33,865 nucleotides of DNA from Gemmatimonadota bacterium (GCA_003221075.1 QHUF01000279.1:1-33865); one strand, 5' to 3'; counted from the stretch's first letter, positions 10,016 through 17,322 are shown. A program made the numbers and translations. The notes: generated by a model from the letters alone, not told the origin.

Positions 10016-10113
10016 ACGGGGACATGCAAAAACTAGGTGCACAGACGCAACGGCGGACGCACAGTCTCAGGTCATCGGGACAATCCCGTGCCGTCTACGC
10101 ACCTAGTCTTTGC
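10016..10113. repeat. Copy A (shortened) of the palindromic repeat element
   Basis: Left arm ACGGGGACATGCAAAAACTAGGTGCACAGACGC; inner hairpin CGGGACAATCCCG; right arm CGTCTACGCACCTAGTCTTTGC is the reverse complement of the left arm with 3 mismatches and lacks the terminal ATGTCCCCG. Confidence 0.85.
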
Positions 10114-11626
10114 CTACGATCCCGCGCACGACATCGGGTCGTTGTTTTCGGATGTCCAGCTGGCCGGCATCTTTCCGGATTCCAAGGAATTCGTGGATGC
10201 GCGGCCGCGCTCCGCCCCGGCGGCGATCGAGGCGCGCTACGATTCGGCGCGGCGCACACCCGGATTCGTGCTCCGCGCGTTCGTCGAACAGAACTTCGTG
10301 TTGCCGCAGCCGGCGGGAGATGGCTATCACACCGTGGCCTCCCAGAGCATGGTGCAGCACATCAAGGCGCTGTGGCCGGTGTTGACGCGATCCGCCGATA
10401 GTGCGGACATCCGCTCATCTCTAATCCCCCTCCCGAGTCCCTACATCGTGCCGGGCGGGCGTTTCCGCGAGGTCTACTACTGGGATTCCTACTTCACGAT
10501 GCAGGGCCTGGTGCGGAGCGGCCGCACCGACCTCGTGAAGAGCATGCTCGACAACTTCGCCCATTTGATCACCACCGTCGGGCACATTCCAAACGGCAAT
10601 CGCACCTACTATCTGAGCCGGAGCCAGCCGCCGTACTTCGCGGCAATGGTGAGTCTCTATGCGACGGCGACCGATACCTCGCAGGCCTTGCCCTATCTCG
10701 ACGCGCTGGAGCGGGAGTACGCCTTCTGGATGGACGGCGCCGATCGACTGAAGCCCGGGGAGTTCTATCGGCGCGTCGTGCGGATGCCGGACGGTGTCAT
10801 CCTGAATCGCTACTGGGACGACCTCGCGGAGCCACGGCCCGAATCGTACCGGCCCGACGTCGAGATCGGGCAGACGCTACCCGAGTCGCTGCGCGCGAAT
10901 TTCTATCGGGAAGCGCGCGCGACTGCGGAAAGCGGGTGGGATTTCTCGAGCCGCTGGATGCGCGATCCCAAGGATTTGCGGACGCTCGAGACGACGCAGT
11001 TGATTCCCGTCGACCTCAACAGTCTCCTGTACCACGCCGAGCGCACGATCGCCGCACTGCGAGCGTTCCGGCATGCGGGCGGTGATGCCGAGGTCGCACG
11101 TCGCTTTAATCAGAAAGCGGATCAGCGGCGCCAGGCGATCCTGTCGATGTACGAGAACGGCTTTTTCTACGACCGCCGCTGGCGCACGGGAGAGGCGGTG
11201 CGGGACCGGCTGACACTCGCCGCTGCTGCACCGCTCTATTTCGGGATCGCCACGCCCGATCAGGGACGGCACGTGGCGCTGCGACTCGAGCAGGAGTTCC
11301 TCGGTCCCGGTGGCTTCGTGACCACGAAGATCCCCACCGGACAGCAGTGGGACGCGCCCAACGGTTGGCCGCCGCTCGAGTGGCTGGCGATCGAAGGAGT
11401 GCGGCGCTACGGCCGCGCCGACCTGGCCGATAAAGCCGCGAGCCGCTGGCTCGCGCTGCTCGACCGAACCTACCGCGCGACCGGGCGCATGATGGAGAAG
11501 TACGACGTTGTCAACACGAACAAGAAAGCAGGCGGCGGGGAGTATCCGACGCAGGATGGATTTGGGTGGACCAACGGTGTCGCTCTCGCCTTATGCGCAA
11601 AAACTGCGGGGACATGCAAAAACTAG
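10037..11626 (+). CDS. treA: Alpha,alpha-trehalase (GH37, TreA/TreF family)
   Basis: FPDSKEFVD, PGGRFREVYYWDSY, GHIPNGNRTYYLSRSQPP, PRPESY, AESGWDFSSRW, QWDAPNGW, EKYDV and GGGEYPTQDGFGWTNG. Start is uncertain (GTG 10037 or GTG 10088) and no signal peptide is visible. Confidence 0.93.
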   Translation: MHRRNGGRTVSGHRDNPVPSTHLVFAYDPAHDIGSLFSDVQLAGIFPDSKEFVDARPRSAPAAIEARYDSARRTPGFVLRAFVEQNFVLPQPAGDGYHTVASQSMVQHIKALWPVLTRSADSADIRSSLIPLPSPYIVPGGRFREVYYWDSYFTMQGLVRSGRTDLVKSMLDNFAHLITTVGHIPNGNRTYYLSRSQPPYFAAMVSLYATATDTSQALPYLDALEREYAFWMDGADRLKPGEFYRRVVRMPDGVILNRYWDDLAEPRPESYRPDVEIGQTLPESLRANFYREARATAESGWDFSSRWMRDPKDLRTLETTQLIPVDLNSLLYHAERTIAALRAFRHAGGDAEVARRFNQKADQRRQAILSMYENGFFYDRRWRTGEAVRDRLTLAAAAPLYFGIATPDQGRHVALRLEQEFLGPGGFVTTKIPTGQQWDAPNGWPPLEWLAIEGVRRYGRADLADKAASRWLALLDRTYRATGRMMEKYDVVNTNKKAGGGEYPTQDGFGWTNGVALALCAKTAGTCKN

Positions 11627-11747
11627 GCAACAGACGCACCGCGGGCCTCAGTCAACGCTAACGGGACCACCCTAGCGAGGGTTGTCCCGTTGACTCAAGA
11701 CCGTTGACCGCTGCTGCGTCTGTGGCCTAGTCGTTGCATGTCCTCGC
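11606..11747. repeat. Copy B of the 142-bp nested-palindrome element (MITE/REPIN-like)
   Basis: Imperfect terminal inverted repeats of about 39 bp, GCGGGGACATGCAAAAACTAGGCAACAGACGCA... / ...TGCGTCTGTGGCCTAGTCGTTGCATGTCCTCGC; inner hairpin AACGGGACCACCCT-AGCG-AGGGTTGTCCCGTT; lies between convergent genes. Confidence 0.92.
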
Positions 11748-11751
11748 TTTT

Positions 11752-13548
11752 CTAGAATGCTTGATCCCACCGTTGCGATAGTCGTATAGCGGAGCTGATC
11801 AACCCGACCATACTGTAAGTTTGGACGAAATTCCCCCACTGCTCTCTTGTCTTGGGATCGATGTGCTCGGCGAGCAGCCCGTGCCGGTTGCGACACGCCA
11901 GGATGTCCTCGAACATGCGGCGCGCTTCATCGCGCTCGCCGATCGCGGCCAGCGCGTTGATATACCAGAACGTGCACACCAGAAACGCGTTCGCCGGCGT
12001 GCCGAAATCATCCGGCGTCGTGTAGCGGAACACGAAATCGCCCCGCTTCAATTGCTTCCCGATGGCGCGCACCGTCGCCACGAAGCGCGGGTCGTCGTCC
12101 GCGACGAAGAACAGCTCGTTTAGCTGCAGCAGGCTGGCATCCAGCGTATCACCGTCGAACGTGGCGACGAAGGTGCCCAGCTTCTCGTTCCACGCGCGGC
12201 GGGAAATCTCCTCGTGCAGCTCGCGGGCGCGCTGGCACCAGTGGCTGGCGCGGTCCTCGAGGCCGAGCTGCTTGGCAATGCGGCCCAACCGCTCGCACCC
12301 CACCCAGCACATCACGGCGGAGAACGTGTGCACGCGCGTGCTGCCCCGCAGCTCCCACAACCCGGCATCCGGCTGATCGAAGGACCGGAACGCGAGCTCC
12401 CCCAGCGGCTCCAGACGGCGGAACAGCGACTCATCGCCCTGCCGGACCAGCCGCCGGTCGTAGAACACGTGTGTGGCGGCGAGAATGGATGAGCCGTATA
12501 CGTCGTGCTGCGACTGCTCCGCGGCCTGGTTGCCCACGCGTACGGGCCCGATGCCGCGGTAGCCCGGCAGCGACTCCACCACCCGTTCGGGCGGCAGCCG
12601 GTGACCGGTGACGGTGTACACCGGATCGAGCCGCCGCTCGGCGCCCTCGGCGACGACGTTGCGGATGAAGCCGAGGTACCGCTCCATCGTCTGCGTCGCG
12701 CCCAGACGGTTCAAGGCATTCACGACGAAGTACGCGTCCCGCAGCCAACAGAAGCGGTAGTCCCAGTTGCGGCTGCTGTCCGCCGCTTCGGGGATCGACG
12801 TCGTGACGGCGGCAATGATCGCGCCCGTGTCCTCGAAGACATTGAGCTTCAGCGTAATCGCGGCGCGGATCACGGCGTCCTGCCATTCGAACGGAATGGC
12901 GAGGGAGCGCACCCAATCGCGCCAATACATCGTCGTCTCGGCCAGGAAGCGTGCGCCCACGTCGGCGACGCGGTCCTGGAGCGTTTCGTCCGGGCCGAGC
13001 ACGAGCGTGACGGCGTCGTCGAGGAAGAAGGCGCTCTCCTCGAGAATCGCGGTGATGGGTGCGTCGCTCGTCAGCCGCAACACGAGCGCGTTCCCGACGT
13101 AGCGGATGAGATTGCTGCCGGAGGTTGTGGCGGCCAGCGGCTGGCCGTAGCTCTGGGCGGACCGCGCGCGCACGCGAATGCGCGGGTGCCCCGCGGTGCG
13201 CTTCACGCGCCGCACCAACGTCATCGGGCAGAAGATCCGGCCGTGGTGCTCGAAGCGCGGCGCGAAATCGCTGACCTCGATGGTCCCGCCGCCGGAGTCC
13301 GTCATACGCGTGACGACGATGGGGGTATTGTGCAGATAGTGCTGCTCGGTCTTGACCCGATCGAGCAGCTCGATGGTGAAGAAGCCGATGTCGGCGCGCT
13401 GTTCGTTCCCCGTCCGCGGCTTGAGCAGCGAGCAGAACATCGGATCGCCGTCGAACCGGGGGAAACAGGCCCAGGCGATCTCGCCCTCGGGATCGACGAG
13501 TGCGCCGATCGTCCCGTTGCCGATCAGTGCTAGATCGAGCGTAGCCAC
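11752..13548 (-). CDS. Glycoside hydrolase family 15 protein (glucoamylase/trehalase-like)
   Basis: LDLALIGN, WACFPRFD, NWDYRFCWLRD, QHDVYG, DAGLWELRG, LLAEHID and WGNFVQTYS; usual partner of otsAB. Confidence 0.92.
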   Translation of the reverse strand: MATLDLALIGNGTIGALVDPEGEIAWACFPRFDGDPMFCSLLKPRTGNEQRADIGFFTIELLDRVKTEQHYLHNTPIVVTRMTDSGGGTIEVSDFAPRFEHHGRIFCPMTLVRRVKRTAGHPRIRVRARSAQSYGQPLAATTSGSNLIRYVGNALVLRLTSDAPITAILEESAFFLDDAVTLVLGPDETLQDRVADVGARFLAETTMYWRDWVRSLAIPFEWQDAVIRAAITLKLNVFEDTGAIIAAVTTSIPEAADSSRNWDYRFCWLRDAYFVVNALNRLGATQTMERYLGFIRNVVAEGAERRLDPVYTVTGHRLPPERVVESLPGYRGIGPVRVGNQAAEQSQHDVYGSSILAATHVFYDRRLVRQGDESLFRRLEPLGELAFRSFDQPDAGLWELRGSTRVHTFSAVMCWVGCERLGRIAKQLGLEDRASHWCQRARELHEEISRRAWNEKLGTFVATFDGDTLDASLLQLNELFFVADDDPRFVATVRAIGKQLKRGDFVFRYTTPDDFGTPANAFLVCTFWYINALAAIGERDEARRMFEDILACRNRHGLLAEHIDPKTREQWGNFVQTYSMVGLISSAIRLSQRWDQAF

Positions 13549-14249
13549 TGTCGTACCGCCTCCACGTCGGGGAGCCGCCAGCGGGCCGCCGTCTCTCCCG
13601 CGCCCACCTTGATCGAGTGTCCGCCGAGCCGGTTCACCACGTGGAAACCGTATTCATCCGTCTCGTCGTCGCCGACAAACACGGGCCTCCGGCCCGCGAA
13701 GGGAGCCTCCTCCAGGAATTCGACGACGGCGAGTCCCTTGTCCCTCCCGGCCGGCTTCATTTCGACGACGCTCTTGCCGAGCTGCAGGCTGTACTGGCCG
13801 GCGAGCTGCGGGAGGACTTCCCGCATCGTGCGCTGGGCGAAGTCCGCCAGCTCCGGAACGCGCCGGTAATGCAGCGCCAGGGAAACGCCTTTGTCCTCGA
13901 GCAGCAGTCCCGGCTTGTCGGCGATGGCGGCGGTGAGCTGCCGGCGCGCCTGCGCGAACCCTTCGGTCGGCGCCGTGTGCCGGCTGTGGACGCCGGCGGC
14001 ATTGCGCCGTTCCACGCCGTGCTGGCCCGCGACAGGCATCCGCACGGCTGGAAAGAGGTGATCGACTTCGGCGATCGGCCGGCCGCTCATCAGGGCGACC
14101 GCGCCGCCCGCGCATTCGTACAGGCGCTCGAGGAGCCGGCGTACGTCGTCGCTGACTCGCACGGCGGTGGGTGTGTCGGCGAAGTCGATCAGCGTACCGT
14201 CGATGTCGAAGAAATACGCCCAGTCGCACTGCGGGACGGGGGGCGTCAC
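13530..14249 (-). CDS. otsB: Trehalose-6-phosphate phosphatase
   Basis: GTG 14249 overlaps the otsA TGA (GTGA). HAD motifs FFDIDGTL, MSGR, VEMKP...DKG and FVGDDETDE. The 15017 start in the ORF track overlaps otsA and is spurious. Confidence 0.93.
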   Translation of the reverse strand: MTPPVPQCDWAYFFDIDGTLIDFADTPTAVRVSDDVRRLLERLYECAGGAVALMSGRPIAEVDHLFPAVRMPVAGQHGVERRNAAGVHSRHTAPTEGFAQARRQLTAAIADKPGLLLEDKGVSLALHYRRVPELADFAQRTMREVLPQLAGQYSLQLGKSVVEMKPAGRDKGLAVVEFLEEAPFAGRRPVFVGDDETDEYGFHVVNRLGGHSIKVGAGETAARWRLPDVEAVRQWLRSI

Positions 14250-16531
14250 CGCCGCCCGATCCGCCTGAGTGCCGCGCCCTGCTGCCACTGTCCCGTCGGC
14301 AGCGCGACGACGTCCGGCAGCCGTCCGCGGCGGCGCATCGCGGCGGCGTCCATCAGCATGCGTCCCGCCCAGCGGAACACGTTGAAATCCTGAATCAGTC
14401 CGCGCATCAACCGCATGCGCGTGCGTTGCTCGGTGCTCGTCATGGTGAGCGCGAGCTGCAGCGCCGCCGCGCATTGATCGGTGTCGTACGGATTCACGAT
14501 GAGGGCTTCGGGGAGCTCGCGTGCCGCGCCGGTGAAGAGGCTGAGGATGAGCACGCCGCGCTCGTCGTCGCGCGCCGACACGAATTCCTTCGCGACGAGA
14601 TTCATGCCGTCGTGGAGGCTCGTGACCATGCACAGATCGGCGCCGCGGTAGTACTCGAAGATCTGGTCCGGCTGGTGGTGCTCGATCTTCAAGATGATCG
14701 GCGGATGGATGGCCTCGGGAAACCGCTGATTGATGCGCGTCGCGAGGTCGCGGACGCGCGCCTCGTACGTCCGGTATTCCTCTATATGAATGCGTGTCGG
14801 CGCGGCGATCTGGATGAAGGAGAACTTGCCGATCCATTGCGGCTCGACCTCGAGCAGCCGCTCGACCGCCCGCAGCCGCTCCTCGATGCCCTTCGTGTAG
14901 TCCATGCGCTCCACGCCGATCCCCACGGCGTGCTCGGGCGGGAGATTGTGCCGCTGGCGGATCTCGGTGCGGCACTGTTCGACGGGGACGGCGAGCAGCT
15001 CGGCGGCGGGCGGCCATTCCACGGAAATCGGGTAGCGCCGCACCGAGGTCGGCTTGCCGCGATACGTGACGGCGAACTCCTCGCGGTCGACGCGCGCCTC
15101 GAGCAGCCGGTCCACCGTGTCCACGAAGTTATTGACGTGAAATTGCGTGTGGAATCCGAGGATCGTGCTGCCGAGCAGGCCATCGAGCAGCTCTTCGCGC
15201 CACGGGCAGATCGCGAAGGCTTCGGGGTTAGGCCACGGTATGTGCCAGAAGGAGATGATCGTGGCCGCGGGGAGGATCTCCTTGATCATCTGCGGCAGCA
15301 ACGCAAAGTGGTAATCCTGGACCAGCACGATCGGGTCCTGGGACGTTGCCTCTTCGACGACGGTGTCGGCAAATTTGGCATTCACGGTTTTGTACTGCTC
15401 CCAATCGCGCCGGCGGAACTCAGGCCGCACGTGCGCGATGTGGCAGAGGGGCCAGATGCCCTCGTTTGCGAAGCCGTAGTAGTAGCCGGCCTCTTCTTCT
15501 TCTGTAAGCCATACTCGGCGGAGCTGGTAGGCGGCTGCTTCGGGTGGCGGCGGCACGACGACCCGGTCGCGGGCGTCGACCACGTCGCGATCGGCCGTGC
15601 CGCTGCCGTGCGCGATCCACGTGCCCGAGCAGGCGCGCATGATCGGCTCGAGGGCGGTGACCACGCCGCTCGCCGGGCGCCACACCGCGATCGCGGGCAC
15701 CCCCTCGCGCCGCATGTGGATGTACGGCTCGCGGTTGGACACCACGATCACCTCCTGGCCGCGCAACTCGCGACGCAGGATTTGACGCAGCGTCGCGGGC
15801 GACCAGGCGAGCCGCTCCTCATCGCGCGAGCGGTGATCGGCTTCCAGGTCCTCGATCAGCGCCCGCAGGTCTTTCACGATCGGCCGCAGCTCGGGCGGCG
15901 GTCCGGCGAAGCCGCGCCCGCCCGACCGGCCCGGTACCACCAGGAGGCCCTCGCCGCGTAGCAACGCACGGAGTCCCTGCACCCACCCGCGCCAGGAGAG
16001 CTCCGCGATCACGACGGTGATGAGCGCGACGGTGAGGCCGAGCCCGACAAAGAAGAGGAAGAGGTAGTCGCGTGTCTCGCGGCTGCGGCGTGCGATGAAG
16101 CTCATGTCGTGCACGAGCACGAGTTTCCCGCCGCCGGCGAGCGGACGCACCGATATGAAAACGGGGCCGGTCGCCGTCTGCAGCAGATCGCCCGACAGCG
16201 CTGTGAAGCGGTCGAGGGCGGAGCACCGCACTTCCGCCGGCAAGGTCGGGGTCGTGACAGGGTCGCCGTTGTCCGCCGGGCAAAACCCGACCGCGAACAG
16301 GCGCTCGTCCTGCGTGAGGCGCGTGAAGAACTCCTGAATGCGGCTGCGGTCGCCGGTCCGAATAAGGTTATGGAGCGGATCGTCGACGGTGGTAGCAATC
16401 AGGTTGGCGCGCACCTCGAGGTCGCGGCTGAACCAGCGGAGCATGAGTTTGTCCACCAGTGGGAGGGCCGCGTACGCAAAGATGGCCAGGGCGACGAGCA
16501 GCGGTACGACGAATCGCAGCGACAGTCGCAT
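14246..16531 (-). CDS. otsA: Trehalose-6-phosphate synthase (GT20) with an N-terminal two-TM extracytoplasmic domain
   Basis: VSNREP, YYYGFANEGIWPLCH, VQDYHFALLP, FWHIPWP, GVERMDYTKGI and DGMNLVAKEFV; about 235 extra N-terminal residues with two hydrophobic helices. Confidence 0.93.
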   Translation of the reverse strand: MRLSLRFVVPLLVALAIFAYAALPLVDKLMLRWFSRDLEVRANLIATTVDDPLHNLIRTGDRSRIQEFFTRLTQDERLFAVGFCPADNGDPVTTPTLPAEVRCSALDRFTALSGDLLQTATGPVFISVRPLAGGGKLVLVHDMSFIARRSRETRDYLFLFFVGLGLTVALITVVIAELSWRGWVQGLRALLRGEGLLVVPGRSGGRGFAGPPPELRPIVKDLRALIEDLEADHRSRDEERLAWSPATLRQILRRELRGQEVIVVSNREPYIHMRREGVPAIAVWRPASGVVTALEPIMRACSGTWIAHGSGTADRDVVDARDRVVVPPPPEAAAYQLRRVWLTEEEEAGYYYGFANEGIWPLCHIAHVRPEFRRRDWEQYKTVNAKFADTVVEEATSQDPIVLVQDYHFALLPQMIKEILPAATIISFWHIPWPNPEAFAICPWREELLDGLLGSTILGFHTQFHVNNFVDTVDRLLEARVDREEFAVTYRGKPTSVRRYPISVEWPPAAELLAVPVEQCRTEIRQRHNLPPEHAVGIGVERMDYTKGIEERLRAVERLLEVEPQWIGKFSFIQIAAPTRIHIEEYRTYEARVRDLATRINQRFPEAIHPPIILKIEHHQPDQIFEYYRGADLCMVTSLHDGMNLVAKEFVSARDDERGVLILSLFTGAARELPEALIVNPYDTDQCAAALQLALTMTSTEQRTRMRLMRGLIQDFNVFRWAGRMLMDAAAMRRRGRLPDVVALPTGQWQQGAALRRIGRR

Positions 16532-16616
16532 GGGTTTCTACATACCCAGGTATCGCAACGAGTTCCGCCTCAGTCACAACTTCTTCCAGTTCGGCGTAGG
16601 CGTCACGTTCCATTGA
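16530..16616 (+). pseudogene. Probable 3' remnant of an outer-membrane beta-barrel protein gene (or small ORF MGFYIPRYRNEFRLSHNFFQFGVGVTFH)
   Basis: The last ~20 codons are mostly C/G-ending (TTC, AAC, GAG, CGC, GTC) and encode an alternating amphipathic strand FQFGVGVTFH-stop, like a beta-barrel C-terminus. The upstream part of the frame is antisense to otsA. Confidence 0.5.
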
Positions 16617-16627
16617 GCCCAGCAAGA

Positions 16628-16769
16628 GCGGGGACATGCAACAACTAGGTGCACAGACGCACCGCGGTTTGTAGGCTCCCGTCAACGGGACAACCACGGC
16701 GGGGTGGTCCCGTTGACCGTTGACTCAAGCCCGCGGTGCGTCTCAAGACTAGCTTTTGCATGTCCCCGT
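16628..16769. repeat. Copy C of the 142-bp nested-palindrome element
   Basis: GCGGGGACATGCAACAACTAGGTGCACAGACGCACCGCGG ... CCGCGGTGCGTCTCAAGACTAGCTTTTGCATGTCCCCGT; inner hairpin GTCAACGGGAC...GTCCCGTTGAC; abuts the crcB stop codon. Confidence 0.92.
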
Positions 16770-17126
16770 TTATCTCAACCTATCAGCGAGTGCCATTCCT
16801 CCCAGCACCGCGCCCAGACATCCAATAATCGTCGCGCCCATGTAGATCGCCGCGCGCCCGTATTGGCCTTGCGCCAGCAGTGCCAATGATTCGTAACTGA
16901 ATGTGCTCATCGTCGTGAACGCCCCGCAGAATCCGATGGTCAACGCCGATCGGAGTTCCGGCGCAACGGCGCTTGTTCGAGTCGCATAGTGCACGACGAA
17001 ACCGAGGATCAGCGAGCCCACGAGGTTGACCACGAGTGTCGCCGAGCGTCCTTGTACCACGCGCTCCGCGCCGAAACGGGCGAGCGTACCAGCGGCGCCT
17101 GCGAGCGCGATATAAAGGATGGTCAA
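16770..17126 (-). CDS. crcB: Fluoride efflux channel Fluc/CrcB
   Basis: GAAGTLARF, TLVVNLVGS and GFCGAFTTMSTFSYE. Start reassigned to TTG 17126, 7 nt after AGGAG, because ATG 17165 lies inside the riboswitch. Confidence 0.93.
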   Translation of the reverse strand: MTILYIALAGAAGTLARFGAERVVQGRSATLVVNLVGSLILGFVVHYATRTSAVAPELRSALTIGFCGAFTTMSTFSYESLALLAQGQYGRAAIYMGATIIGCLGAVLGGMALADRLR

Positions 17127-17162
17127 AGAAAAACTCCTGCCGTGGATGGTTTCGGTAGGAGT
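17125..17162 (-). terminator. Riboswitch expression platform: terminator / anti-SD hairpin
   Basis: Minus strand ACTCCTACCG-AAACCATCCA-CGGCAGGAGT followed by TTTTCTTT. The 3' arm contains the crcB SD (AGGAG) and the 5' arm is the 3' end of the aptamer. Confidence 0.7.
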
Positions 17163-17204
17163 CATCAGCCCGGAAAGCGGCGGTTTAAGGCGAACTCCAT
17201 CGCC
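17155..17204 (-). ncRNA. Fluoride riboswitch (crcB motif)
   Basis: Minus strand GGCGATGGAGTTCGCCTTAAACCGCCGCTTTCCGGGCTGATGACTCCTAC matches the crcB-motif consensus (GGCGAUGG.GUUCGCC..AAAC...GCU.AUGAC.CCUAC, pseudoknot GGAGU/ACUCC) directly upstream of crcB. Confidence 0.95.
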
Positions 17205-17211
17205 TGCCTGA

Positions 17212-17220
17212 ATGCTAACA
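17212..17220 (-). promoter_or_regulatory. Candidate extended -10 (TGTTAGCAT) for the riboswitch-crcB transcript
   Basis: TG-n-TAGCAT lies 7 nt upstream of the first aptamer G. Confidence 0.45.
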
Positions 17221-17222
17221 GC

Positions 17223-17322
17223 GACGGTAAGAGACGGTAAAGAGACGACGGTAAGGGACGGTAGGGGCGCAGCATGCTGCGCCCCTACATTTTTCTACCG
17301 TCCCTTACCGTCCCTTACCGCC
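17223..17322. repeat. Inverted array of ~10-bp units (GACGGTAAG.. / ..CTTACCGTC) enclosing a REP
   Basis: Four GACGGTA(A/G) units on the left; CTACCGTCCC-TTACCGTCCC-TTACCGCC on the right. 17247-17264 is the exact reverse complement of 17295-17312. Confidence 0.85.
17261..17288. repeat. GTAG-family REP palindrome
   Basis: Perfect 28-bp palindrome GTAGGGGCGCAGCATGCTGCGCCCCTAC. A GTAG tetranucleotide followed by a GC-rich hairpin is the hallmark of RAYT-associated REPs. Confidence 0.85.

Noticed and set aside
10024-10401. ATG 10024 as a frameshifted true trehalase start
   Set aside because: The ATG belongs to the repeat's conserved terminus (GACATGCAA), present in all copies, and its frame has no signal-peptide or trehalase features.
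11606-11747. Repeat as retron msr-msd, CRISPR repeat or simple intrinsic terminator
   Set aside because: No reverse transcriptase or cas genes; copies are kilobases apart with no spacer array; the element is far longer than a terminator, though it may still affect 3' ends.
14250-15017. Apparent 256-aa N-terminal extension on OtsB, with similar extensions on the CBS, Gfo/Idh/MocA, hydrolase, GT4, CE4 and MutY ORFs
   Set aside because: Low-complexity Arg/Ala-rich alternate-frame translations of neighbouring genes; coupled or adjacent start codons exist at the domain boundaries.
10016-16769. Repeat copies as integron attC sites
   Set aside because: Size and position after genes are suggestive, but the RYYYAAC/GTTRRRY ends are absent, flanked genes are in both orientations, and there is no integrase.
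17127-17165. crcB start at ATG 17165
   Set aside because: This ATG is part of the conserved riboswitch (GCTGATGACTCC); an SD-preceded TTG lies at 17126.
17223-17322. Mini CRISPR array
   Set aside because: Units are about 10 bp, adjacent and inverted, with no unique spacers.
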